Positions 1 to 8,813 of a stretch of DNA of 32,000 nt are shown here, in pieces. The position numbers and the translations under genes were made by a program. Source of the stretch: an uncultured Flavobacteriaceae bacterium (GTDB taxonomy: Bacteria; Pseudomonadota; Alphaproteobacteria; Micropepsales; Micropepsaceae); NCBI GenBank assembly GCA_964390465.1, contig CAYMIJ010000001.1, positions 378,765 through 410,764 of the forward strand. Reading direction: 5' to 3'. Numbering within the stretch: the stretch's first letter is position 1; each line of letters starts with the position of its first letter. The notes beneath the pieces were generated by a model. That model ran no database searches, was not told the origin of the DNA, and worked only from the letters and a program-made list of their open reading frames with translations.

Positions 1-68
1 CAGGGAAGCCAGCGTCAGTGCGGCCAATACACCCCAAAGCAACATCAGCGGTTCAACCTTCAATTCAC

Positions 69-626
69 ATGTCCAAGCCTATAGCATCCACTGTCATGAT
101 ACGCGCGTTTTTCCTGCTTGCCGCCGGGCTTGTTCCTGCCGCCATCTGCACAGCCTCTGCCGCACTCGCGCCAGACTATTACATCGAAGCACGGCGTTCG
201 GCCGCCCATCATGTTCAGGTGGAAATCACCGGCGTCGAAGCCCCGTCCGGCCAACTGGGTTCGTGCCCTGTGACCGGCAAAATCGTGAATGTCTTTCGCG
301 GTCCGATGCTGCCCGGCGATCCCATCGCCTTTGATGTCTCGTGTCATGTCTCAGGCGAAATCCCTGACAGTGCCGTGCTGTGGACAGAATATGAGACCCT
401 GAACAGCGCCAGCCATCTGGAAGTCTTCCTGTCAGCCGATACACCGCCGCGTGTCGTGCTGGATCAGGTGGCGATCATCGCCATGCCGCGCGCCACGCCC
501 TATTGCGACGACCAGTCTTTGAGTTGCGAGTCTATCGAGACATCGAAGCCGCAGGACGAAAGCTGCGGTCTGGCCGGGCGCACACTGGACTGGCTTGGCC
601 TTGGCGACTGCAAGGCCCGTGACTAG
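69..626 (+). CDS. hypothetical secreted protein (signal peptide, several Cys)
   Basis: ORF 18..626. The ATG at 69 gives MSKPIASTVMIRAFFLLAAGLVPAAICTASA, a hydrophobic signal-like N-terminus ending in ASA. No family recognised. The start could also be 96. Confidence 0.5.
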   Translation: MSKPIASTVMIRAFFLLAAGLVPAAICTASAALAPDYYIEARRSAAHHVQVEITGVEAPSGQLGSCPVTGKIVNVFRGPMLPGDPIAFDVSCHVSGEIPDSAVLWTEYETLNSASHLEVFLSADTPPRVVLDQVAIIAMPRATPYCDDQSLSCESIETSKPQDESCGLAGRTLDWLGLGDCKARD

Positions 627-652
627 ACATTCAGGCCGTGCCTGCTCCGCAT

Positions 653-692
653 AAAAAAATTGAGGGCGGTGCGTGGGGATGACACCGCCCTC
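653..692 (-). terminator. rho-independent terminator-like hairpin downstream of minus-strand gene 766..1083
   Basis: Perfect 10-bp inverted repeat GAGGGCGGTG (662-671) / CACCGCCCTC (683-692) with an 11-nt loop. On the minus strand the stem is followed by AA and seven U (653-659). A second 8-bp hairpin ATCCGGCA/TGCCGGAT lies at 733-755, just after the stop codon. Confidence 0.6.
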
Positions 693-765
693 AGGCATGA
701 TGCGCAAACGGGGGAAGCACATCATGCAGCAGATCCGGCAACGGGGCTGCCGGATCCGGTGATCA

Positions 766-1083
766 TCACGGACGACTTTTGTCGTTGTGTTTCAGCCTGT
801 GGATGTCAGCGCTCGCCGCATCCTGACCGGCCTCGATCTTCAGGCGCTCACGTGCCGTCAGATCGCCATCCGCACGGGCCTTTGTCTCAAAATTGTCGAT
901 ACGCAGCTGTTCGCGCCCAAGGCGTTCCATCTCGGAACCAGTCAGCTCACCTGACCCTGCTCCAGCCTCTATACGGTCGATCTGGCTTTTCTGACGTTCA
1001 TGAATGCGCGATTCGGCATAGGCTGCGCCGGAAAAGGCGAGCGTCGACGAGGCAAGAATTACAAGTGCAGTTCTGGACAACAT
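766..1083 (-). CDS. small periplasmic protein with repeated LTxxE(R)L helical motifs (function unknown)
   Basis: 105-aa ORF with an N-terminal signal peptide (MLSRTALVILASSTLAFSGAAYA). It is charged and helical with internal repeats ELTGSEMERLGREQL and DLTARERLKIEAG, followed by the terminator above. Confidence 0.6.
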   Translation of the reverse strand: MLSRTALVILASSTLAFSGAAYAESRIHERQKSQIDRIEAGAGSGELTGSEMERLGREQLRIDNFETKARADGDLTARERLKIEAGQDAASADIHRLKHNDKSRP

Positions 1084-1231
1084 GGGGTCTCCTTCTTGGA
1101 TTGGCCTGCTGTGCGCACATCATTGCAGTCTCTAACGCCCCATCCCCACCTTTCCGTCGCGTCCAGCCAGAGATTCGACGCTGAACGCTCAAAACGCTAA
1201 GCCTGAAGCCACAGACATTGCAGGAGTTGCC

Positions 1232-2431
1232 GTGACCAAAGTGCTGGAAGGGATCAGGGTTCTGGATTTTGGCCGCTACATCGCCGGGCCGTATTGCGCG
1301 GCGCTGATGGCCGATATGGGCGCTGAAGTCATCCGCATCGAAAAACGCGAAGGCAGCGAAGACCGCTACATGACGCCGATCATGCCGGGGGAAAAATCCA
1401 CCGAGCGCGAAGGCACGCTGTTCATGCAGATGAACCGCAACAAGCGCGGCATGACGCTGGACCCCATGAAGCCGGAAGGCCGCGCCATTGCACGCCGCCT
1501 CGTGGAAACGGCTGATGTCGTCATCGCCAATCTGCCGCCCGATACACTCAGCGCGATGGGCCTCGACTACCCCACGCTGTCGGCCATCAACCCGCGTATC
1601 ATCCTCACCACCGCCTCGGCCTTCGGGCATGGCGGGCCGTATTCCGACCGGGTTGGTTTCGATGGCATCGCGCAGGCCATGTGCGGGGCGGCCTACATGA
1701 CGGGCACACCCGATCAGCCCATGCGCGCTGCTGTGCCGTGGGTTGATTTCGGCACCGCCTCACTCTCGGCCTTCGGTACGCTGGCCGCCCTGATGGCGCG
1801 TGCAAAAACCGGGCGCGGTCAGCAGGTCGAAGGCGCTTTGCTGGCGACAGCGATCACCGTCGGCAATGGCGCCATCATGGAACAGGCGGCATTGGGCATC
1901 AATCGCGTCGCCTCGCTCAATCGCGGCCAGACAGCGGGTCCGTCCGATATCGTGCGCTGCAGGGATGGCTGGGTGCTGGTCGCGGTGAACGGCATGCCGC
2001 TGTTCAAACGCTGGGCGCGCATGGTCGGCGCTGAACATCTGGTCAACGATCCGCGCTTCGCCACCGATGAACTGCGCGGCGATCATGGCGAACATCTCTC
2101 GCGCATCATGTCGGATTGGGCGAAGGACAAGACCATGGCGGAAGCGCTGGAGGCGCTGGCCAAAGCGCGTGTGCCTGCAAACCCGGTCTATTCACCGCAG
2201 CAGGCGCTCGATGATCCGCACATCAAGGCCATGGGCTTCCTGCAGGACGTGCCCTATCCCGGCCTGCCGCAACCGGCGAAGGTCGCCACCACGCCCATCC
2301 GCCTCAGTGAGACGCCCGGCCGCATCGAACACCGCGCACCACTGCTTGGTGAACACACCGACGAGATTCTGAAAAGCATCGGCTATGACGAAGCGTCGAT
2401 CTCGGCGTTCCGCGCGTCGGGCGTGATCTGA
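1232..2431 (+). CDS. family III CoA-transferase (CaiB/BaiF family)
   Basis: 399 aa, GTG start. The N-terminus LEGIRVLDFGRYIAGPYCAALMADMGAEVIRIEK is the characteristic family III CoA-transferase motif, and the length is typical. Confidence 0.9.
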   Translation: MTKVLEGIRVLDFGRYIAGPYCAALMADMGAEVIRIEKREGSEDRYMTPIMPGEKSTEREGTLFMQMNRNKRGMTLDPMKPEGRAIARRLVETADVVIANLPPDTLSAMGLDYPTLSAINPRIILTTASAFGHGGPYSDRVGFDGIAQAMCGAAYMTGTPDQPMRAAVPWVDFGTASLSAFGTLAALMARAKTGRGQQVEGALLATAITVGNGAIMEQAALGINRVASLNRGQTAGPSDIVRCRDGWVLVAVNGMPLFKRWARMVGAEHLVNDPRFATDELRGDHGEHLSRIMSDWAKDKTMAEALEALAKARVPANPVYSPQQALDDPHIKAMGFLQDVPYPGLPQPAKVATTPIRLSETPGRIEHRAPLLGEHTDEILKSIGYDEASISAFRASGVI

Positions 2432-3684
2432 CGGCGGCGGATCAATACGCTCGCCAGCAGCAGCGCCAGCGAAAGCGGCACGATGCGATAGCTCATACCG
2501 GGATGGGCAAGCGTGTGTTCGGCAACCGCTTCATTGAAAAGGAAGCCCAGCATCAAAGGAACGGCAAGAGCAAACGACAGCTTCACGCCAGTCTTTGTGA
2601 TGTGCCGGGCACTGAGGAAGACTCCAACGGCCAGCGCCAGCGCAATGGCCGCTTTCCACCAATGTGCAAAGGTCACGGCAAAGGACGACACGAGCGCCGC
2701 ACCCGGTATCCAGCCATGAACCGGCGTCCAGCGCGTGAGATCGCCCCCGTTGAACAGATAGACCTTACCGCCCAACAATGAATAAGCCGCCGCGACGCCC
2801 CACTTCGCGGCCCAGAAGGCTGTGTAGCCCGCCATGACGGCCGCAAAGACGAGGCACACATCCAGCAACCGTATCGGGCGGCCATCACGCCAGGCGGATG
2901 CCGCCCAGCCCCACGCGCAAATGGCTGCAAGGCATTCGGGGTTGCAGAAGAAGTCAAAGAAATTATAGAGCGCGCCCGCAAGACCCGCAGCCACCAGAAG
3001 CGCCACGCCGCGCCAACGCGCAGCCACCAGCATGAAAGCTGCGCCGCCCGCCAGCATCACCGCGAACGATACGGCCTGCATCGGCAGCTGGCCCACCGCA
3101 ACCGTGTCCGTCAAAGTCCCTATGGCCAGTGTCAGAACCAGTGCAGGCCAAAAACCGACACGTCCGATCATCACGGCAAACAACAGCGCCAGCGCGCCCC
3201 ATACCAACCGCGCCGTGACCGCCTGAAGATCATCATAAGTGCCAGTGCTCAACACAGCGCGGTGCAGCAACAACGACCCATGCCAGTAGCGGGCATAGGT
3301 GAACCATGTTGTGTTGGTGCCTTCACCGCGCAGAACGGTTTCAAGCGCAGGGCAGATACCGCCGGCAGGGTCGGGCAGGATGGCTTCAGACCGGACGATG
3401 GCATCACGGGCCAGCGGCACGAACTCCTCACGCACCAGAATGGAAAGCCCGGCACATTCGGGATGATAGGCCGACAGCCTGACAGGATCAGACAGCACCG
3501 CATCGGCCATGCCGCGATCCGATCGCTGCGCGTCACCGATGGCGCGCGTGATCGCCTTGTGATCGGCCGCGTCGAAGGAGCGCAGAAGCGCGCCATAGCC
3601 CAGTGCCGCCAGCACGGACAGGATCAGTACCATTGCGCCAATGGCAGTCAGAATGTCACGGAATGAAATCACGCGGTCCTGCAT
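2383..3684 (-). CDS. polytopic integral membrane protein, unknown function
   Basis: ORF 2383..3756. It has one N-terminal TM helix, a hydrophilic domain of about 150 aa, then about 9 hydrophobic segments. I prefer the ATG at 3684 (MQDRVISF...) because it lies after the upstream stop at 3713; 3735 or 3756 are possible. The 3' end overlaps the convergent CoA-transferase by 49 nt. Confidence 0.55.
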   Translation of the reverse strand: MQDRVISFRDILTAIGAMVLILSVLAALGYGALLRSFDAADHKAITRAIGDAQRSDRGMADAVLSDPVRLSAYHPECAGLSILVREEFVPLARDAIVRSEAILPDPAGGICPALETVLRGEGTNTTWFTYARYWHGSLLLHRAVLSTGTYDDLQAVTARLVWGALALLFAVMIGRVGFWPALVLTLAIGTLTDTVAVGQLPMQAVSFAVMLAGGAAFMLVAARWRGVALLVAAGLAGALYNFFDFFCNPECLAAICAWGWAASAWRDGRPIRLLDVCLVFAAVMAGYTAFWAAKWGVAAAYSLLGGKVYLFNGGDLTRWTPVHGWIPGAALVSSFAVTFAHWWKAAIALALAVGVFLSARHITKTGVKLSFALAVPLMLGFLFNEAVAEHTLAHPGMSYRIVPLSLALLLASVLIRRRQITPDARNAEIDASS

Positions 3685-3712
3685 ACAGGGCTTGCGGCCC
3701 CAGCGCCATGCG

Positions 3713-5179
3713 TCAGGCGGCTTGTACAGCCTCATCCACCGCATGTTTGGCGGCAATCAGGCGGCGCTGCATCAGATCGGCTTCATTGCCGCCCAGCAAA
3801 ATGCGCGTCAGCTCGATCGAATGGTCCATCATGGCGTCAGCATTGGCGCGGTGGTGATCAGACGGCAAAGGCACATGATCAAGCATGCTTTCGGTGAACA
3901 GCCGCAGTCGTTCAGATGACTGCGACATCACCTTGTCGATCACACTGGAGAATGCTCCGGCCGCACCATGAGGCCGTGCTGCTGCCACCACGCGCGCATA
4001 GGTGATGGCGCGCGCGGCGCGCAAACGATCAAACGTTTTGGCCAGATCAGCCATTTTGCCGATGGCCCGTGAGCCAAACCCGCCTTTGCGTGCAAGCGGC
4101 AGACTATTGACGATATCTCGGCTGGCACGGCCAAGCATACGCTCCACTTCAGATGAAATCCCGGCCCGCGCGGCTGTCATGCGCTTGCCCCACGGGCCTT
4201 CGCGCTTGATCCCCATCTCGCGCACCATACCGGTCGAGGTGTTTCCAAACAGCGAGATGCAATCAATAACCGTATCAGCATCCATCTGGTCGCCGCGCAT
4301 GGGCTTCAACCTGTCAACGCTGTCTTCAATGTCAGACAGCAGCAGTTCGCCTGCGAACCCGGCATCGGTGCGGCTGATGAGCGCGTCATCCATCTTGCGC
4401 GAGATGGCACCGTTCAGCCGCAAGACCTCCCATGGATGATCCAGCCTGCCCATCAGCAAAAAAACCAGATAGGGCGCACAATGGGCATGATCCTGTGAAA
4501 CGGTTTCCCAAACCGCCTTCAGCGATTCGATATGTTCAGGCAGCAAGGCGTGGATGCGTTTGGGAAGGGTCTGCTGCAACTGCAGAATGAACGGACCGAC
4601 CTCCATCATCCGGGCCATATCATAGGCATCGCGTGCAATATCGCCGCTGCCCAGCAGGCGCGCCGCAGCCGCAGCCCGTGGATGTGGCGTGGAAGGCTCA
4701 GGAATTTCAGCAAGGATGGCAGCAGCCGCATCGGCCTGAAGCAAAGCGACATCGCGGTCTATGTTGTCCATCTGCCCAGACGCTATCTTGCCGCTCAACG
4801 CCGTCAGCGCATCCATCGCCGCTGGTGGCAGAAGACCGTTTGAAAGCCAGCTCCAGACCGGCATGACAGATGTGGCGGCAATGCGCCCCCTCACCTTCCG
4901 GCGCCGGGGCGTATGCTGGACCAGATCATCGAATGGCGCGAACAGAAGCTTGCGCGGCGAGACAATCTGGGGGGCCCGTCCGCCGGGTTCGGCCAACCGA
5001 GGCGTCAGCGCTTTCAACAGATCATCATGCGGCAAGCTGCCGCCGCCGGCCCTGTCGGCTTCAAGCGCCTCGGCCAACTGGACGGCAATAGAGATGGGTA
5101 TGGCCGCAAAAAACCGGCTGAGACGCTCGACTTTGGTGTCACTCAGCGTCACTTGAATCCGGCTCCGGCGCTCTCCCAT
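3713..5179 (-). CDS. hypothetical soluble protein, 488 aa, no recognised domain
   Basis: Long ORF with coding-like composition, co-directional with and directly downstream of the sensor kinase gene. No TM segments and no catalytic motif that I recognise. Confidence 0.6.
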   Translation of the reverse strand: MGERRSRIQVTLSDTKVERLSRFFAAIPISIAVQLAEALEADRAGGGSLPHDDLLKALTPRLAEPGGRAPQIVSPRKLLFAPFDDLVQHTPRRRKVRGRIAATSVMPVWSWLSNGLLPPAAMDALTALSGKIASGQMDNIDRDVALLQADAAAAILAEIPEPSTPHPRAAAAARLLGSGDIARDAYDMARMMEVGPFILQLQQTLPKRIHALLPEHIESLKAVWETVSQDHAHCAPYLVFLLMGRLDHPWEVLRLNGAISRKMDDALISRTDAGFAGELLLSDIEDSVDRLKPMRGDQMDADTVIDCISLFGNTSTGMVREMGIKREGPWGKRMTAARAGISSEVERMLGRASRDIVNSLPLARKGGFGSRAIGKMADLAKTFDRLRAARAITYARVVAAARPHGAAGAFSSVIDKVMSQSSERLRLFTESMLDHVPLPSDHHRANADAMMDHSIELTRILLGGNEADLMQRRLIAAKHAVDEAVQAA

Positions 5180-5240
5180 GCGCGAACGGGCGCAGAGGCC
5201 GCTATTTTCGGGCAGGTAGGTTAACGCAAAGCAAACCGGC

Positions 5241-6617
5241 TCATGCCATCGGCAAGGTCAGCCGCACCGTCAGCCCGCCCAGCTGCGCCGACCGCGACAG
5301 GCTGAGCCCGCCACCATAAAGATCGGCAATATCGCGCACGATGCCGAGGCCCAGCCCGCTGCCGGGCTTGGTTTCATCCAGTCTTTCGCGCTTTTCCAGC
5401 ACGCGGATGATATCGGCGTCTGACAGCCCCGGCCCGTCATCCTCGAAATTGATGCAAAGCTGGGCCTCGCCTGCTTCGGCGCTCACCCGGACCTCGGATT
5501 TCGCCCATTTGCAGGCATTATCCAGCAGATTGCCGGCCAGCTCCTCGAAATCCTGACGTTCACCGCGAAAGGCAAGGTCGGCCGCCACATCGACATCTAT
5601 ATCAATGCCGCGGCGTCCATAGATGCGCCCAAGTGTGCGTGACAGATCGTCGAGTACCGGCTCGATCTCGGTGCGGATGCCCAGCACTTCGGCCGAAGCC
5701 GCGGCCCGCGCCCTGGCCAGATAATGTTCCACCTGACGGCGCATGACATCTGCCTGTTTCAGAACGGTGTCGGCCAGCAGACCGCTGGTGGCAGATGCTT
5801 CGGTCGTCAGCACACTCAGCGGCGTTTTCAATCCATGCGCCAGATTGCCAACATGGGTGCGCGCCCGATCAACAACGGCGGCATTGTGGGCCAGAAGCCC
5901 ATTCATCTCGTCGGCCAGCGGTGCGATTTCGGAAGGAAAATCTCCTTCCAGACGTCGCGCTTTTCCGGCGCGTATATCTCCAAGATTCTTGCGCACGACA
6001 CGCAGCGGCGCGAGCCCCACCCGCACCTGAATGATGGCCGCGAGTGTCAGAAATGCGCCCAGCGCTCCCAATGACCACATCAGGGTCGCATCAAAACGTG
6101 CTGTCTCGGCGCGCGAGGTCGCCAGATCACTGGCGACGGCGAATATATAGGTTTTGGTGGAGGGCTTTCCATCGCGCTCGTCGACGGCGAAGTCGGGAAA
6201 GCTGATCCGGCGCGCCAACACGCGCAGCTTCTGGTCTTCCGGGCCATCGGCGTGGGTGCGCAGCACCGCCGTGCCTTCAGGCGTGCCGGAAAAGACGAGC
6301 GCGCGCTCCCACAACGAGCGCGACGCGAGCCGCTGCCCGTGGGGCGCTTCTTCCTCAACCTGCCAATACCAGCCTGAAAACGCCGTATCATAACGCTGAT
6401 CGGACAGAATATTCTCGACGATCAGCTCACCCTTCGGCCCCGGGCCCAGCGCGGTGATGAGTGTTTCCATGTCGGCCAGCAGACGATCGTCAAGCTGTCG
6501 CTCGATCGAGGCACGAAAGACATTCGAAAGAAGCAAGCCGCCAGCCAACAATCCTGCAAGGCTGATGACCGCAGCAGCGGCAATCAGCCGGAAGGCGACC
6601 GAGTTAAGCTTCGGCAT
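5241..6617 (-). CDS. sensor histidine kinase (two TM, periplasmic domain, HAMP, HisKA, HATPase; PhoQ/FeuQ-like)
   Basis: H-box GNLAHGLKTPLSVL, N-box LLDNACKWA, G-boxes DDGPGL and GSGLGLGIV. Two hydrophobic segments flank a loop of about 150 aa. The start overlaps the regulator gene by 14 nt. Confidence 0.9.
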   Translation of the reverse strand: MPKLNSVAFRLIAAAAVISLAGLLAGGLLLSNVFRASIERQLDDRLLADMETLITALGPGPKGELIVENILSDQRYDTAFSGWYWQVEEEAPHGQRLASRSLWERALVFSGTPEGTAVLRTHADGPEDQKLRVLARRISFPDFAVDERDGKPSTKTYIFAVASDLATSRAETARFDATLMWSLGALGAFLTLAAIIQVRVGLAPLRVVRKNLGDIRAGKARRLEGDFPSEIAPLADEMNGLLAHNAAVVDRARTHVGNLAHGLKTPLSVLTTEASATSGLLADTVLKQADVMRRQVEHYLARARAAASAEVLGIRTEIEPVLDDLSRTLGRIYGRRGIDIDVDVAADLAFRGERQDFEELAGNLLDNACKWAKSEVRVSAEAGEAQLCINFEDDGPGLSDADIIRVLEKRERLDETKPGSGLGLGIVRDIADLYGGGLSLSRSAQLGGLTVRLTLPMA

Positions 6618-7290
6618 CGTCCGTATGCGAGCCGGGCGGATTCAACCGATAGCCAAGGCCGCGCATGGTTTCGATGATGCTGACCCCCAGCTTTTTGCGG
6701 ATGCGCCCGACAAACACTTCGATCGTATTGGAGTCGCGGTCGAAATCCTGATCGTAAAGATGCTCGACCAGTTCGGTGCGCGACACGACCTTGCCCTGAT
6801 GATGCATCAGGTAAGCAAGCAGCCGGTATTCCAGCGAAGTCAGCTTGATGACCTGGCCATCGACCGTCACCTTGGCGGCGCGGGTATCAACAGAAACAGG
6901 CCCGCAGGACAGCTCGCTTGAAGCGTGACCGGCGGCACGGCGCAACAGCGCGCGCACACGGGCCAGCACTTCTTCGGTGTAAAACGGCTTGGTGACATAA
7001 TCATCAGCACCGGCATCGAAGCCGGCCACCTTGTCGCTCCAACGGTCGCGCGCGGTCAGGATCAGCACCGGCATGGTGCGCCCTGCCTTGCGCCATTTCT
7101 GCAGAACGCTCACCCCGTCGAGTTCAGGCAGGCCGAGGTCCAGAATCACTGCGTCATAAGGCTCGGTATCGCCAAGGAAGTGGCCTTCCTCGCCGTCTCT
7201 GGCACTGTCCACGACATAACCGGCTTCCTTCAGCGAGGCGCACAACAGACGGTTCAGATCAGGATCGTCCTCAACCACCAGAAGACGCAT
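6604..7290 (-). CDS. OmpR/PhoB-family response regulator (FeuP-like)
   Basis: Receiver domain MRLLVVEDDPDL...DAVILDLGLPELDG...LILTARD...KPF, plus a winged-helix C-terminus (LTSLEYRLLAYLM...VFVGRIRKKL...GLGYRL). Confidence 0.93.
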   Translation of the reverse strand: MRLLVVEDDPDLNRLLCASLKEAGYVVDSARDGEEGHFLGDTEPYDAVILDLGLPELDGVSVLQKWRKAGRTMPVLILTARDRWSDKVAGFDAGADDYVTKPFYTEEVLARVRALLRRAAGHASSELSCGPVSVDTRAAKVTVDGQVIKLTSLEYRLLAYLMHHQGKVVSRTELVEHLYDQDFDRDSNTIEVFVGRIRKKLGVSIIETMRGLGYRLNPPGSHTDDAEA

Positions 7291-7293
7291 CGT

Positions 7294-7734
7294 TCAGGCT
7301 CCTTCGACCGAAAGAATCGACCCGCTTTCGGCATCGGCATCAATGTAAAGCACGGCACCGTCATCGGTCAGCCATTTGATGCGGTAAACATAACCGCCAC
7401 CGCTGGCCGATGGTCCACTGGCACTCAGCATCCGGCCCGGATAGCTGGCGGCAATAGCGCCAACCACCTCATCCAGCGCGATGAAGTGCGGCTCAGCCTG
7501 AATGTGTTGCGGGATGGGTTGATCCTCAACCTGCGGCGGCGGCGCATCGGGAATGGGGGCCTCGGGTGGCATCTGCTCATCGGGCAGAGGATCAGGCAGT
7601 GCCGGTCCTTCTGAATCCTGCGCCAGCTGAACGCTGACAGGCGCGTCCACGGACGGATCGTCAGCCGCCATCGCGCCGGGCGCGGCAAGCCCCAGCGACA
7701 CAACACAAATGAGGCAAATCACGGCCTTTTTCAT
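7294..7734 (-). CDS. secreted PepSY-domain protein with Pro-rich linker
   Basis: Signal peptide MKKAVICLICVVSLGLAAPGAMA. PepSY-like C-terminus (IALDEVVGAIAASYPGRML...YVYRIKWLTDDGAVLYIDADAESGSIL). Its stop is 4 nt before the regulator start, giving the order small periplasmic protein - RR - HK as in feuNPQ. Confidence 0.8.
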   Translation of the reverse strand: MKKAVICLICVVSLGLAAPGAMAADDPSVDAPVSVQLAQDSEGPALPDPLPDEQMPPEAPIPDAPPPQVEDQPIPQHIQAEPHFIALDEVVGAIAASYPGRMLSASGPSASGGGYVYRIKWLTDDGAVLYIDADAESGSILSVEGA

Positions 7735-7792
7735 GCGCCGGGTTTACCCGCAATGGAGTGAACCGTCCATGAATAGCCGTTGTGGAACGTGA

Positions 7793-8809
7793 CTATCCCG
7801 CCGCCGTGATGGTCGGCCAGAACTGGTCCGGGCCAAGGGCGGCGATGGGCGCGCCCAGCTTTTCCGCCCAAAACGACGCGCTGCCGAAATCGCTGCGCCA
7901 GCTCCACAGCCGCCGCGTGAAATAATGCAGCCGGTGTTCGTCGGTGAAACCGATGGCGCCATGCACCTGATGGGCGATCGAGGCCACCTGCCCTGCCGCA
8001 TCACCGCAGCGGATCTTGGCGACCGCCGCCTCAAACCCAGCCTCACCTCCATCGGCGATCCGGTCGAACGCCGCATCCACGGCCCGGCTTGCTGCCGCCA
8101 CCTGCGTCGCCATCATGGCAAGCTGCTGCTGGATCGCCTGAAACGTGCCAATCGGCTTGCCGAACTGCTGGCGCTCGCGGGCATAAGTAACGGTCATATC
8201 CAGCACCGTTTCCATCGCACCGGCCATCTGGGCCGCCCGCATCAGCGCGCCGAATTGCATCGCCCGCGCCTCGTTGCAGGGCGCAGCGGCAACAGCCATG
8301 ACGTTTTCAAACACCAGCGTGTCATCCGGCAACCGACTTACGGCACGGTCCAGAGTTACGCGCGCTGTATTCACAGCCAGAACGGCAAGCTGCCCCTCGG
8401 CGACAGCCAGCACATAAGGCGCAAACCGTCCCCACGGCACATGCGCGAGCTTGCCGGACAGCGTGCCGTCATCACCAACCATCAAGGATGAGGTGCGCGG
8501 CGCGGCCAGGGTCAGCGCACCCTCTGGCGCGTCCAGCCCTGCGGCCTGCAACAGCGCGCCAGCCATCAACGTCTCAGCGAGTGGCGCGGGCAGCACATGA
8601 CGCCCACATGCCTTCAGCACCACACAGGCATCGCGCCACGGGTCATCTGACGCACCACTGAAAATCTGCTCCAGACCCAGCGCAGTAATGCCCTGCCATA
8701 TCTCCTGCGGCCACGCGCCCGCCTCGACGCGGCGCAGCACATCTGCCGTTTCAAACTTTGCGAACAGTTTGGCGGCGCTGTCCGCCAGAAGGGCGCGTGT
8801 CTCGCTCAT
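7793..8809 (-). CDS. acyl-CoA dehydrogenase family protein (short, second subunit-like)
   Basis: 338 aa. ACAD C-terminal-domain motifs (YARERQQFGKPIGTFQAIQQQLAMM). It starts 5 nt after the upstream ACAD stop. Confidence 0.8.
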   Translation of the reverse strand: MSETRALLADSAAKLFAKFETADVLRRVEAGAWPQEIWQGITALGLEQIFSGASDDPWRDACVVLKACGRHVLPAPLAETLMAGALLQAAGLDAPEGALTLAAPRTSSLMVGDDGTLSGKLAHVPWGRFAPYVLAVAEGQLAVLAVNTARVTLDRAVSRLPDDTLVFENVMAVAAAPCNEARAMQFGALMRAAQMAGAMETVLDMTVTYARERQQFGKPIGTFQAIQQQLAMMATQVAAASRAVDAAFDRIADGGEAGFEAAVAKIRCGDAAGQVASIAHQVHGAIGFTDEHRLHYFTRRLWSWRSDFGSASFWAEKLGAPIAALGPDQFWPTITAAG

Positions 8810-8813
8810 GGCG

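Noticed and set aside
2383-2431. A 49-nt convergent overlap between the 3' ends of the CoA-transferase and the membrane-protein ORF.
   Set aside because: This is probably just an ORF tail running to the first stop in GC-rich DNA. There is no structure or motif in the overlap to suggest regulation.
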